The translations under genes were made by a program, and so were the position numbers. Below, piece by piece: positions 45,759-59,396 of a stretch of DNA of 64,000 nucleotides. Positions within the stretch are counted from its first letter, which is position 1; each line of letters opens with the position of its first letter. The notes beneath the pieces were generated by a model. The model had not been told where the DNA came from. It worked only from the letters and a program-made list of their open reading frames with translations, and searched no databases. The stretch comes from Eledone cirrhosa (lineage: Eukaryota), in contig OZ024762.1 in the NCBI GenBank assembly GCA_964016885.1, positions 26,598,001 through 26,662,000 on the forward strand, written 5' to 3'.

Positions 45759-46889
45759 CAGTCCAAACAACACCAACAGCACCATCCCCTGTTGCAACAA
45801 CAACAGTCACAACTGCATTACCCCCAAATACAACAACATCCACAAATACCGCAGCAGCACCCACAAAAAAAGCAACAGACGCAAAATAGCAAAAGCAGCA
45901 ACAGCCCCACAACACCAACAAAAACAACAACAACCACAACACCAACAAAACCAACAAACAACAGCCCCCACAACACCAACAAAACAACAGCAGCTACAAA
46001 AACCGCAACAACTACAACACCCACAACAATAACACACAACAACAACATGAACCCACAACAAAAATATTAACCCACAACCACAACAATAACCCTCTCAACA
46101 AGGACAACAAACGTTTTCCAGGTTAACATGCTCCCTTGTTTTGTGAGTAACATCTGTAGTACTTGTTTATTTCGATACTTGGAAATTTTGCCAAAATATT
46201 CGTTAGTTCTTTCACGACTATTTCTCTTCCGTTTCTTGAAATACCATTTATCTGTGGTTAACTCATGGCACGGCGCCGCCTTCCTCCCATGCCAGTGAAG
46301 TGAGAATTCACCAATGAAGCAGATTGACTTGCGATGTCAGGAGGCAGTAATGAAACTAACGTGATAGGAGACAAGATAGCCATCTGCTGCTCCAGTGAAT
46401 AAAGACTGTAATTGTAGTTCATTTAAGTAGGATCTAAGTATGATGTAAAGATAAGACACCCTTTTCCCGCACACTTTGGAACAACACCAACCAGCCAACC
46501 AGACAGGCAGCCATCATAGCTTAATCTACTTGATCTACTTGATCAACAACACTCTTACTAGTCAAAATCAGGGATTATGCATTGCTATTGGTAGTATGGA
46601 AACAAATACGTGAGTGTGTGTGCATGAAACATTACATATACACCAGGTCCAAACATAAAAGAACAAAACTGTCACTGCCTCTGTCTCACATGCCCTCCCC
46701 ATCTCTCACATATACACCAGGTCCGAACACAAAAGAACCAAACTCCCGCTGTCACAGCGGAAATGTAGACATTTGAAATTTTTAAAAGAAGTGAAACTTA
46801 AAATAAGCAATCGTTATATTTAAGAATATTTACGTTTAATCAAGAGCTACGAAATTTAGTACAAAAATTATCTAATATTCATTCATTAT

Positions 46890-47235
46890 TTACGTCGCTT
46901 TACGATCTGAGTTCAAATCCCGCCGAGGTTAACTTTGCCTTTCATCCCTACAAGGTTGATAAAATAAAGTACCAGTAATGTACTGAGTTATTGCTGGCCT
47001 TGTGCCAAAAGTAGAAACAATTATTTATTCAAAGGCGATGGATTGGCAGTATCGGTAGAGGGTCGGACGCCATGCTTTGACACTTAGAGTTACGGCCCTT
47101 GCCATTCTGAGTTCAAATCCCGCCGAGGTTAACTTTGCCATTCATCCTTACGGGGTCGATAAAATAAAGTACCAGTAATACACTGATTTAATTGCTGGCC
47201 TTGTGCCAAAATTAGAAACAATTATTTATTCAAAG
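46890..47235 (+). mobile_element. Two tandem octopus-type SINEs
   Basis: A truncated copy followed by a full copy; ATTATTTATTCAAAG is duplicated at 47020-47034 and 47221-47235. Confidence 0.85.
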
Positions 47236-47239
47236 TACT

Positions 47240-47645
47240 CTAACTTATTTTACTAACGGGATAAAATAATATATTCGAGACAGTCCCGCACTCCTCCCTT
47301 TATTGTATTATGATGTAGAAAGTGAAAACGGTTAAACAATGCAAAATAGACTGTCAGACGAAGGTAACGAAAAGGTAAGTCACCTGGTAATTTATTTTCT
47401 GTTAAGTATTGTGTGCTGAGTTGCAATCTGTTGTTTATTTGTGGGGTCGGTCTATGTATAAGCAAAGCTTCCTTAATTCTTAAACTGCCCACATTTCTCT
47501 CTCTGGCTTCAGTATTTACTGTTATATCTTTGTTGCTGTTTCTGTATTTGTCAATGCGTTTTTTTCAATGAGGAGCCGTGTTTTTTAATGCAGGGTGTGG
47601 AGAGCTTGAGTCGTGCTATCAATGTAGAACTCATGAGTGTAGTGG
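47240..47645 (-). pseudogene. Penelope-like GIY-YIG C-terminal remnant
   Basis: EFYIDSTTQALHT (degenerate YIG-T-R motif) ... LRIKEALLIHRPTPQIN. Cut off by the Helitron at 47653. Confidence 0.6.
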
Positions 47646-47652
47646 TATATAA

Positions 47653-48611
47653 TCTACTTATATATATAACCAGCAATTTCTCTATCTGTCTGTCCGACAG
47701 TGGAAACACGTGCGTAGAGAGAGAGAGTGAGAGTGAAAGAAAGAGACAGACTACGAGAGGTGGATAGCGGGAGGGAGAGAGAGAGAGTGAATAGACGCTA
47801 AAACACGTGCTACAGAAATATTACCTTCCCCTTCCTTTATAGAAACATTACCTTCCCCTCTGCACTGACTTTGGTCAGTGAGGCCGAGGGAATCGCTGGT
47901 TGCTATAGAGACACCTTGCACAAGCCAGAAGTAACCAGTTCGAGGCGGTTCTGACTTGACAGCATGCGAAGAAGGTTGCCATTGAATTTGTGGTTTGAAG
48001 AAGGTTGCCATTGAATTTGTGGTTGTTGCTGCTGATAATAAGGACCATTTGAAGAAGGTTGCTGCTGATGAGGCAATTTATTAATCAGATTGCGCAGTTC
48101 CATAACCTACGTTTGATTTGTTCAATTTTTTTCTTCAATTTCTTTTGTTGTTTTTTTAATTTCTTATTGAAAAAATATAAATAATAAAATAAGGTTAGAA
48201 ATTTAAATACAATTAAATACGATTTAATTTCCATTTCCAGCAGCCAATGTCCAGTGTTCAATTTCATGAAAAAATTGGAAATAATTAAAAAAATTGAAGT
48301 TTAACTTTTGAACATTTGTTTTGACAATAAAAAAATATTTCCTTATTCACACCTAATGGTATGATTAAAATTTCATAGGAATAATTTTTTCTAACCGCCA
48401 GTTATTTATTTTCTCCATTTTCGTTTTAACATATATTTATTTCAAAGATTTCACCGTATAGATAACATATATATTTATACATGCATAAAAGACACACCGA
48501 GAGACGGTGAACATGTGGTGCCGAAAACATTTCTCATCCAAATCTCAACAATATCAGTATATACACTAGATTTGCTAGCAGAAAACCACCCACCAGGTGG
48601 TTTTCTGCTAG
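47653..48611 (+). mobile_element. Non-autonomous Helitron-like element A
   Basis: A|TCTACTTATATATATAA..(CTGT)n start; ends in a hairpin terminating CTGCTAG. Confidence 0.6.
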
Positions 48612-49482
48612 TCTATATATATAAAACTGAGGATGTCTGTCTGTGTGTGTGTGAGTTTGAATCCCTAAAACTCAAGAAGCACTCAACCGACTCTTTTCAA
48701 ACTTTACACATGTAATACTTATGTTTCAGGCAATGTTCAAATTCCAAATTTCAAATTTTCATTGCCCTAGGGACGGCATTAGGCGATTTAGCGATCTATC
48801 TCTATAATTCTTAGTCTTTCTCTTTTTAGATAGATACATACATATAACGTTGCGCCCTTATAATATCTGTTTGTATGTCTGACTGTCTGCATTACGTCAC
48901 TTCCCTGAGGATGTGTGCCTGTGAGTTTGAATCCCTAAAACCCGAGAAGTGCCCAACCGATTTTTTCAAACTTTACATGTGTATTACTTATGTTTCAGGA
49001 AGTGTTATGCACAGGAAAAATTCAACTCTTTGATCTCCTAGGTGAAAAATTGCGTGTTTTAAGCTTTTTAGGGGTTTTTGAGGCGTTACGTCAGACCGAT
49101 TTCCTTCAAATTGTAACTATGTATTAGTCAGTCTCAAATCCAACTTTTTTTATGGCCTAAGGCCCGCATTAGGTGAAAAACTTCATTTTTTTCCAGTTTT
49201 TAGGGCTTTTTGGAGGCGTTACGTCTAGCCGATTTTCCCGAAATTTCAAGGCATATTATGCACATAAAAAAATTCATTTTCTTGATACCCTAGGATCATT
49301 AGGTGAAAAACTGCATTTTTCCTCCTTCATCAAGGAAAATCTTAAAGATTATCCAGCCATTAGAGTATTCAGTTTATTTTCTTTACATATTGTCCAGGCA
49401 TGCAGTTTTTCCACGATTAGGTCTGTTGGCGGCCCGCGTTCCAAAATACATTATCCCGTGCAACGCCGGGTACCACTGCTAG
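48612..49482 (+). mobile_element. Non-autonomous Helitron B
   Basis: TCTATATATATAAAACTG..(GTCT)n start; hairpin CCCGTGCAACGCCGGG then CTGCTAG|T. Internal duplicated segments. Confidence 0.85.
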
Positions 49483-49494
49483 TATACTATATAG

Positions 49495-50440
49495 TTATAT
49501 ATACTGTAGAGCTCTACACACTGTATATAGTGTGTATAATACATTATAGAATTATATATACTGTAGAGCTATACACACTGTATATAGTGTGTATAATACA
49601 TTATAGAATTATATATACTGTAGAGCTATACACACTGTATATAGTGTGTATAATACATTATAGAATTATATATACTGTAGAGCTCTACACACTGTATATA
49701 GTGTGTATAATACATTATAGAATTATATATACTGTAGAGCTCTACACACTGTATATAGTGTGTATAATACATTATAGAATTATATATACTGTAGAGCTCT
49801 ACACACTGTATATAGTGTGTATAATACATTATAGAATTATATATACTGTAGAGCTCTACACACTGTATATAGTGTGTATAATACATTATAGAATTATATA
49901 TACTGTAGAGCTATACACACTGTATATAGTGTGTATAATACATTATAGAATTATATATACTGTAGAGCTCTACACACTGTATATAGTGTGTATAATACAT
50001 TAAAGAATTATATATACTGTAGAGCTATACACACTGTATATAGTGTGTATAATACATTATAGAATTATATATACTGTAGAGCTATACACACTGTATATAG
50101 TGTGTATAATACATTATAGAATTATATATACTGTAGAGCTCTACACACTGTATATAGTGTGTATAATACATTATAGAATTATATATACTGTAGAGCTCTA
50201 CACACTGTATATAGTGTGTATAATACATTAAAGAATTATATATACTGTAGAGCTATACACACTGTATATAGTGTGTATAATACATTATAGAATTATATAT
50301 ACTGTAGAGCTATACACACTGTATATAGTGTGTATAATACATTAAAGAATTATATATACTGTAGAGCTCTACACACTGTATATAGTGTGTATAATACATT
50401 AAAGAATTATATATACTGTATGTAGTGTGTATAATACACG
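49495..50440. repeat. 57-bp minisatellite, ~16 near-identical copies
   Basis: CTGTAGAGCT recurs at 49504, 49561 and onward (period 57); accounts for the 19-aa repeat ORFs. Confidence 0.97.
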
Positions 50441-50554
50441 ATAGAGGTACATACAGTAAATCTGAAAATAAATTCTGTTTAAACACACTGAACGGCCATT
50501 GTTGGTGTGTTTTCTATATTCTGTTTGGTCAATTACGGCTCAACAGAAGCTTAA

Positions 50555-50770
50555 CGACAACAACAACAGAAACAACATCAATAGAAATAACAACAGCAGC
50601 AACAACAGAAACAACAACAGCAGCAACATCAATAGAAACAACAACAGCAGCAACAACAGAAACAACAACAACAGCAACAACAGAAACAACAACAGCAGCA
50701 ACAACAACAACAACAATAGAAACAACAACAGCAGCAAAAACAACAACAGCAGCAACATCAACAGAAACAA

Positions 50771-50838
<68 letters not shown>

Positions 50839-50849
50839 GCAGCAGCAGC

Positions 50850-50933
<84 letters not shown>

Positions 50934-51322
50934 GCAGCAACAGAAACAGCACAGCAACAACAATAGCAGCAGCAGCAGCAACAACAACAACAGCACCAGC
51001 AACAGTAACAACAGTAACAACAGTAACAACAGTAACAACAACACCAATGTGATATCCCTACGTCACAGACAATGCTTTGGTCAACCCGAGGCTCCCGCAC
51101 ACACACACACACAGTCGCACCACATACATATACACAAACACAGCCATGCGCACACACATACACCAAACCTAACACCTACATATATGTACATATACACACA
51201 CAGTGACACACACATGCACACACACGCACATGCGTACGCACACACAGACACACACACACACGTACAAGCCTACACATACGAGTATGTTTATCGATTATTT
51301 GTTATCAAGTGCAGTTAATTAT

Positions 51323-51383
<61 letters not shown>

Positions 51384-51949
51384 TGAGAGAGGTTGAGAGA
51401 GAGAAAAGTGTGAGAAAGTGACTAGAGAGAATCAAAGAGGGGTGAGTGGGGGGAGAGAGAGAGACTAAGAGAATGAGAGACAGAGGAGAGTGGGGGAAGA
51501 GAGGAGAGAGAAGAGTGGGGGAAAGAGACTAGAAAGAATGAGAGAGAAGGATGAGTGGGGGAGAGAGAGACTAAGAGAATGAGAGACAGAGGAGAGTGGG
51601 GGGAGACGAGAGAGATATATGGGTGGGGGAGAGAGATATGGGTGGGGGAGAGAGAGAGAGAGGAGAGTGGGAGAGAATGGGAGAGATGAGAGATGAGAGA
51701 TGAGAGATAATGAGAGATAATGAGAGAGAGAGAGAAGGGTGGGGGAGGGAGACGGAAGAGAGAGAAGAGTGGGGGGGGGGGACGAGAGAGAGAGACTAAG
51801 AGAATGAGAAAGAGAGATAAGAGTGTGGGAGAGAGAGACGAGAGAGAGACTAAGAAAATGGGAGAGAGAGATATGTTACAGGAGTTTTAGAGAGAGGTGT
51901 GAGGGAGAAAGAGTGAGTCAGATAGATAGAAAGATAGATAGAGAAACAA

Positions 51950-52016
<67 letters not shown>

Positions 52017-52095
52017 CAAGGGGAGTAATAGAGGGAGAAACAGAGAGATAGATAGAAAGATAGAGAGATAGAGAGATAAACAAACAAATAGATAA
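50555..52095. repeat. (CAA/CAG)n, CA-rich, GA-rich and (GATA)n simple repeats
   Basis: Seen directly. Confidence 0.95.
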
Positions 52096-53987
52096 ATTTC
52101 TTTATTAGCCACAGGTATATACAGGTATATGAAAATAAAACTATTAATAAAATAACAAATAACAATTGAAATCCCCAATAGGGGGGAGGCGTTACACAGG
52201 GGTTGTACACACCCCGAAAAAATGTACAACCCTCATCTCCAGGAGCACCAAGAGTGAGTACTCTCCTTCTCTCTTTCTCTTTTTCCTCAACCTACATGCT
52301 TATATAGAGAGAAGGCCCAACCACTCGGGCCATCTTTGCCACATTCACCCATCTTTTATAAAATTTGCTGGGGTACAGCACCTCTCTCTCCAACCTGATT
52401 CTTCTTCCAAAATGATATTTGAAAAAACAAATCAGTTGCTCGCCGGAGAGAAAAGTGTCTGACCTCAGCACTTTTAACCTCGTCCACCATATAACCTCTT
52501 TGACCATAGCCATAACACATAGGAAAACCGCCTCTCTTTCGTTTTTGAAGGAGGGTGGCGATTTGATCATGATAATGGACTCGGTGGTCAACTGGACACC
52601 CGCGACAAAAGTCGTTCTACATAGCCCCACAGGTCGGTAACGCCCGGGCAGTGTACAAATGCGTGCGCGACGGTTTCCTCGTCGCGCACGCATTTCGGAC
52701 AGATCTTTTTTGAAGGGTCCCTGCCCGAGCGCCCGTGTCTGTAGAGCTTGTCTCGAACTGGTAGAGCTCCTCGGTAGCGCTGCCAGGCCAGGGACTTTTG
52801 GAAGTTGTCCATCGGTCCCGGGCGGAAGGTTCTACCGAACAAACTGGCCAGTTCGTCGTCTTCGACGCCTAGAGTTTCTCCTAGCGCGTCGTCGCACTAG
52901 CTGCGGATCAACCCTCTATAGAATGACGAAGTGGAGTCTCCACTGATCGCCGGGTCCGTTTGCCAGTATCCGGGTCCCTGTCTATGTGTTCTATCACGGT
53001 TGACTATGAAGACGACTAATTTGTGATCTGAATAGGCAACCATGTGCATTCATGGACAGCTTAACATCTCCCTGTCCCTTTCTCTTATGTAGAACCTATC
53101 TAAATACGATCTAGATGTCCCGCTGCGGTTTGACCACGTCCACTGTGGTGCAGTCGAGAATCAAGTCGATACCTATCGGCCAGTTGGAATTGGCCGATTA
53201 AAGCTTTGAGGCTGTCGCACGCCCCCCCCCCCCCCATCTACTGGGACATGATCCTAAATAGTCCCATCGTGCATCTAGGATACCATTCCAGTCCCCCACG
53301 AAAAGCAAAGAGCGAGACGTTACCTGAAAAGACTCTAGACGCTTGAAGTAGTCGGGCCGCGATTGCCGCGTTAAACGGCCACCAGTCTGAAGGCTCCATC
53401 TAGGACTACCAGTCGACCCTCCGGGTACAAATGTACTTGCTGTATTTCGATGTCCATGTTTTTCCGAAACATGACAGCTACTCCCCCTCCACCTCCTGGC
53501 TGACAGAGAGATGCGTAGATCTCAAACTCGTCGAAAATGGGGGTCAGCTGCTGTCTGCTGTGGATCCTGGACTCTGTGATGGCTATCACATCTATATCGT
53601 GTGACCTAAGGTCGTTTAAGAGTTTGCCCTGTTTCCAGCTCGTGGATCAGCCATTTTGGTGTAGAAGAGTTGGCAAAACAAGGACGAAAGGATGCACTTA
53701 CCTTTACGTTTCCTGGAGATCGGGTTGTTCGATCTCCATTTCAGTTTTGGTGGGGTTGTTGAGTGGGGTGGGGAAACATTTCAATAGGATACGGTTTATT
53801 GGTTTTTGGCATGGGTTGCCAACGTCTTGTGAACATTTGTGCTTTATGAGTTTGAGGTGTGGTGCAGTGTCAGATTTTACAATTGTTTTCCCCTCAGTTT
53901 CTACTTTGGTTTCCTGGGAGATGATCTCCATTAAATTTTTATTGTTGGTGTTGATGTATGTATATTGTTCTTTTGGTTGTGTTGTTT

Positions 53988-53989
<2 letters not shown>
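52096..53989 (-). mobile_element. Tx1 copy (subfamily B): ORF1 end + APE fused to the C-terminus, RT deleted
   Basis: IAITESRIHS..AFRLVAV, GDWNG, SYLDR, then HRQGPGYW|QTDPAISGDST junction at ~52965; CPKCVRDEETVAHAFVHC; 3' UTR ends in (TCTA)n. Confidence 0.9.
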
Positions 53990-54038
<49 letters not shown>

Positions 54039-57000
54039 ATTTGTTTATTTGCCACGAGAGCACAAAAGAAAGGGACACATACATGGGGGGGGGGAGTTTA
54101 CATAGAAATCGAGTAAAAAAATGTAATAACAAATAAAATTATAACAAAAAGGTCCTCAATAGGGAGGGATCGTTTTGGGTCACACGCTCACCCGAAAAGA
54201 AAGGTGCGACCCTTCTCTAAGGGAGCACAAAGAGAGGGTGCTCCCTTCTTCCTTCATCCTTTTCCACCTACAGGTTGAGGTAGAGAGAAGACCCATTTAC
54301 ACGGGCCATTCTCACAACTTTCACCCACCTTTCATAAAACTGGCTGGGGTGGAGCACCTCTCTCTCCATCCTGATCCTTCTTCCGAAATGGTATCGGATG
54401 AAAAGGACTAGTTGTTGGCCGGAAAGAAAGGTGTCGGACCTCAGCCCTTTTAGACGCGTCCACCATACAACCTCCTTTGCCATGGCTATTACACAGAGGA
54501 AGACCGCCTCTCCTTCATTTTTGAAGAGGGGAGGCGGCTTGATCATTAAAATGGACTCGGTGGTCAACCTCATTGGCCCCACCCGTGACAGCAGTTGTTC
54601 GACATAGCCCCACAGATCGGCAACGCCCGGGCAGTGTACCAATGCGTGCGCGATGGTTTCCTCGTCGCGCACGCATCTGGGACAGATCTTTTCGAGGGGT
54701 CCCTACCCGGACGCCCGTGTCTGTAGAGCTTATACCGAACGGAGAGAGGCCCTCGGTAGCATAGCCAGGCCAAGGACTTCTTGAAGTTGTCCATAGGTCC
54801 CGAGCCGAAAGTCCTACCGAATAGGCTGGCCAGTTCGTCCTCCTACATGCCTAGGGTTTCTCCGAGGGCGCCGTCGCACCTGCTAACCACCAGCCCTCTA
54901 TAGAATGACGAGGTAGAGTCTCCACCGATAGCCGGGTCCGCCTGCCAGAGAGTCGTGAGCGCCTAGGCACACTCGGTGTGCCAGTCGCCCAGTTTTCTCG
55001 GTCTTTGCTTCACCCAGGTCTGTAGCTCGGTGTGCGAGGTGAGCCTCGGGAAGGCTCTCTTCACAAACGGGGCCCACACTGGTTGACCGGTGAGGAATAC
55101 CTGGAGGTGCCGTAGCCTCAATGCATGTTTACACATTTTTAGCCACGGCATCCCCAGCCCTCCTTTCAAAGGGTGTTGATAGCAGATGGATTTCCTGACC
55201 AGAGGAGACCTCTTCCTCCAAAAGAAGTGAAAGAGAGCGCGCTCCATTTTGGCGAGGATCTCACCCGGGAAAGTCACGACAGTCAAGCGGTAATAGATGA
55301 CGGACGCTATGTAAGCTTTCGCCACCTCCGCCAGACCTTTCAGGGATAGTTTGCACTCGGCCCACTTCTGGGTCAGTGCAAACACCCTATTCGTCACTTC
55401 AGCCCAGTTTTTCTCCACCTGGAGGTACGGTCCGAACCAGACCCCAAGAAACTTTACCGGGCCCTCCGTCCATCGTCCGACGATACCGTCGGACGGCATC
55501 GGTTTTCCCCTCCACTCGCCGAGTTGCAAAGCGACTGACTTGTCCCGGTTCAGCTTAGCCCCGGTCAACCTTTCGTAGTGCTCCAGTAAGGTACCGATTG
55601 CCCCGAGTTCCGCGGTGGTCGACACCATTACTGTTACGTCATCGGCGTAGGCCGACACCGCTTTGCGCAATCCCGGTTCCAAAGGGATGCCCTGCAACAA
55701 CTCCAACTTCCGCAGTAGTGGCTCGTGAGTCAATACATACAGAAGGGAGGAGAGAGGGCACCCCTGTCGGATGGAGCAGGTGATTTCGAACGGCTCCGAG
55801 AGGTAGCCGTTCACCTTGACTCTAAAGCAGATGGGGCTGCTATGTATGGCAGTGATCCAGCCCTGAAAACGGGTCCGAAACCAGCCGCCACTAGCACCGC
55901 ATCCAGGTAACCATGGTCCACCCTATCGAAAGCTTTAGACTGATCTAAATTTATCAGGGCCCCACCAAAGCCGGGTTCGTTCCCAACCCTCTCTATGATG
56001 TATCGCATGAGGTGGAGTTTGTCGTGAATGGACCTGGACGGGATAGCGCATGTCTGCGCATCTCCCACCAGGCCCCCACGATAAGTGCCAACATCTTCGC
56101 TAACACCTTGGCCAAAATCTTTAACTCTGAATTTAGCAGAATTTTGGGCCTAACATTACTAATGTCATCCCCCTTGTTCTCGTCCTTTCTCACTAGCTAG
56201 ACTACGCCCTTGGTCACAGAACAGGGAATTCTTCCGTTCTGTTGCCAGTTGTTGTAGACCGCCTCGAGCAGATCGGGGAACAAGTCCGGCATATATAGTT
56301 CGTAGCGCAGACCATCGAGGCCTGGAGATTTGCGTTTGCCGCATAGGCTTAGCACGTCCGCTATTTCAGCAGCTGAGATCGGCCCGTCGCAGGATCTCGC
56401 CTCATCGTCCGAAAGACGCGGCAGGCCGTTGAGGTATGGACCTAAATCCACATCCCCAACTGGCCCACCGCCCCTCCCGAACAATCGGGCAAAGTGCCTT
56501 TGAAAGGTCTCGCATATTTGCTTAGGTTCAAGGATCAGCCGTCCATCCTGGTCTCGCAAAGACTGGATAGTGGATCTAATCCCACTTTTGGCTTCTGTCA
56601 CGCGGGCCCAGCTAACAGCTTTTGTCCCTCGTTTCCCAGAGCAAGTATTTTGCTTCGGACAACGGAGCCTTCGTGTTTCACGTCGAAGAACTGGCTCAAG
56701 GCCGTTCTCGACGCTTGCACTCTGGCCACGTCGCCGCTTCTCATTGCCTCTTCAACATTAACTACCAACTCCCTTTCCTTCCTATTTCTATCTGAGGATA
56801 ACTCCTTACTAACTCCTATTGAAAATACTCTAATCTCTCTTTTCAGAGAGCCCCACCCCCTGCTGTTGTCCATGGCGCCCGTCAACCGCTCCTTAACTAG
56901 GGTTCTAATCCGGTGCCTGTAACCTCTACTTGCCGGTAAGGACAAGTTGAGCTTCCAGTAATCGGGTCCCTGCCTATGCATTCTATCAAGGTGACTATAC

Positions 57001-57398
57001 AGGTCACTAACCTGTGGTCTGAATAGCGACCATGAGCATTTCTGGACAACTTAAAAAGTCCATATTCTTCATTCTAACTAAGAACCTATCTAGGTACGAT
57101 CTAGATTGACCGCTATGGTTTGTCCAAGTCCAGGTTGGCACAGTCGGAAAATCTAGTCGATATCTATCGGCCAGGTCAGATCGGCCGATTAACCCCTTGA
57201 GGTTGTTACACCCCCTCTATCGGGTCATGCCCTTACATAGTCCCAACGTGCATCTAGGATACCATTCCAGTCCCCCACTAAAATCAAGGAGCGGGACGTC
57301 CCTAGAAAAGTCCCCAGACGATGGAAGATGTCCGACCGCATTGCCCCAAAGGGGGCGTAAACGGCGACCAGCCTAAAAGCTTCGCCTTCACCACTGCC
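54039..57398 (-). mobile_element. Tx1 ORF2 copy (subfamily B), mid-APE to 3' end, frameshifted
   Basis: GEAFRLVAVYAP, GPDYWKLN, KSPGLDG, DQSKAFDRV, SIRQGCPLS, YADD, C-terminal zinc finger; AATAAA then (TCTA)n at 53990-54038. Confidence 0.93.
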
Positions 57399-58160
57399 AA
57401 GCTTGTGAAATGGGGAGGGGTGCTTTGTGTTGTGTTGGTTTCTTCTGTGTTTGTTTGGTTTCTGTTAGTGATATGTTTCCTTCTTTTCCTTTTTACTGGT
57501 CGGAACGGCTCTCCTTCATCTTCGCTATGCTCCGATGTAAGGAGGTTTTCATCCGCGTTCGGGGGTAGGGGGATATTTTGTGGTAGTGTTGTGTTGGTGT
57601 GTGTATTTTTGATTGTTTTCTGTGTGGGGTGGGTGGGTGTGACTGTGATTTGTTTCGTGGTCTTTTGTTTTTGTTGTCGTTGTGGTGGTGGTGGTGATGG
57701 TGGTGTATTTTGTTGTTTTTGTGGTGGTGGTGTTGGTTGTTTTTGTTGTTGCTGTGATGTTTGTAGCAGTAGTTTTGTTTGTTGTTAGTAGAGCGCAGGC
57801 TGTCCTCAGGTGACCTCTTCCAGCACAGTGGTAACATGAGGGCCTCCTGCCTTCCACCGTAAAATTAGTGAAAGTTCGACCATCCAGTAGTACTCGGTTG
57901 GGTATTCCGGCGATTCTCACTGGTGTCATCTGTATGAGATCCACCAGACTTTTCCCCCCGAACAGTCCACTGGTGGACTCACTTGCTGATACTAGAATGT
58001 CCTTTTCTACGTCCGTGAATCCTGTCAGGACGGACCAGATGTCTACTTCTGGCGTTGAGCTCCACATTCTTAATCTTTGTGTTCTTCTTCCTTTATATGT
58101 GGGAAGAAGGTGTATTGTGGTGACACTATAGGTGCCACCGACCGTTATTGAGCCACCATT
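57399..58160 (-). pseudogene. Tx1 ORF1 fragment with zinc knuckle
   Basis: FTVEGRRPSCYHCAGRGHLRTAC, homologous to VSVEGRRPKCYLCGSKGHLRDFC in the first element. Confidence 0.8.
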
Positions 58161-58270
58161 TGGTCCTTCATTCGTTCCGTATAACCATGTCCGCTACGAG
58201 CTGAGGATCCGCTAAGGTGAAACAAATGTTCTCGGTATGGTGAACTAACTGTTGTGTAACCAGTTTTATT

Positions 58271-58307
<37 letters not shown>

Positions 58308-58319
58308 GTGCTGCTGCTA

Positions 58320-58354
<35 letters not shown>

Positions 58355-58365
58355 TATATATATAC

Positions 58366-59128
58366 CTGCAGCAGTACCCAGCGTTGCCTGGGTAGGTAAA
58401 ATAATATCTGCTTTGTTGAAAAGGTGTTGATCTTAGCGACTAATTCTCGATAACTCATCTATAGCCACACACAGTCCATGCGAGGGAGGGAGGTAATGAC
58501 CTCTAACACTAAGCCAAATTTCCTCACACTTCTTGATTTGAAACCGATGAATTCTCAAATACACAACTAAAAGCTCAGACGATCTCAGTGGCCATGGTTT
58601 TGCCTTTGACCACCTATCAGATGGGCAATGATAGGTTCTATCGTAGTATAAAAGTTGAACCAAATAAATTGATTTATGTGTGAGGTGGAGCCGAAGTTTC
58701 GAATTTGAACGAAAAGGTTTTACAATGTGGGGGAATTTGAGCGAAAAGGTGTTATTTTCGAACATTTAAGCGACAACTACGCCGTTACTAAACAAAAAAT
58801 GCAAAATATAAAGTGATTACAGGATGTGCAATGATAAATTGTATTTTGCTTTAAAATTTGAAAGAGATCGGTGGCAAAATGTGGGAGCTAGAGCCAAAAA
58901 TCTTATTTTTCGATACCTAAAAAAAGGTAACCCCCTATTGATTTTTATCTGCAGAATCACCCCTGAATAAAAATAAAATGATACGCTGATACATAGAAAA
59001 CACTTCCCGATAACTAATTTCTGAGCCTGTAAAGTTTCATGAAAATCGGTCGTAAGATATAGGCCCGTATAGGTAATACACAGACGCAGAGACATACACA
59101 CATATACTTAATTTTATATATATACAGA
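58366..59128 (-). mobile_element. Non-autonomous Helitron-like element
   Basis: Minus strand: TCTGTATATATATAAAA.. start and 3' hairpin CCCAGGCAACGCTGGG-TACTGCTGCAG. Confidence 0.65.
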
Positions 59129-59137
59129 TATATATAT

Positions 59138-59212
<75 letters not shown>

Positions 59213-59318
59213 GCATATATATATATATATATATATGTAAATACATATATATATATATATATGTAAATACATACATATATATATATACATACATATATAT
59301 ATATATATATACATACAG

Positions 59319-59396
<78 letters not shown>

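Noticed and set aside
49173-50231. 276-aa and 62-aa ORFs with a 19-aa repeat; superficially CRISPR-like periodicity
   Set aside because: This is a 57-bp tandem minisatellite with no unique spacers, in a eukaryotic context with no cas genes.
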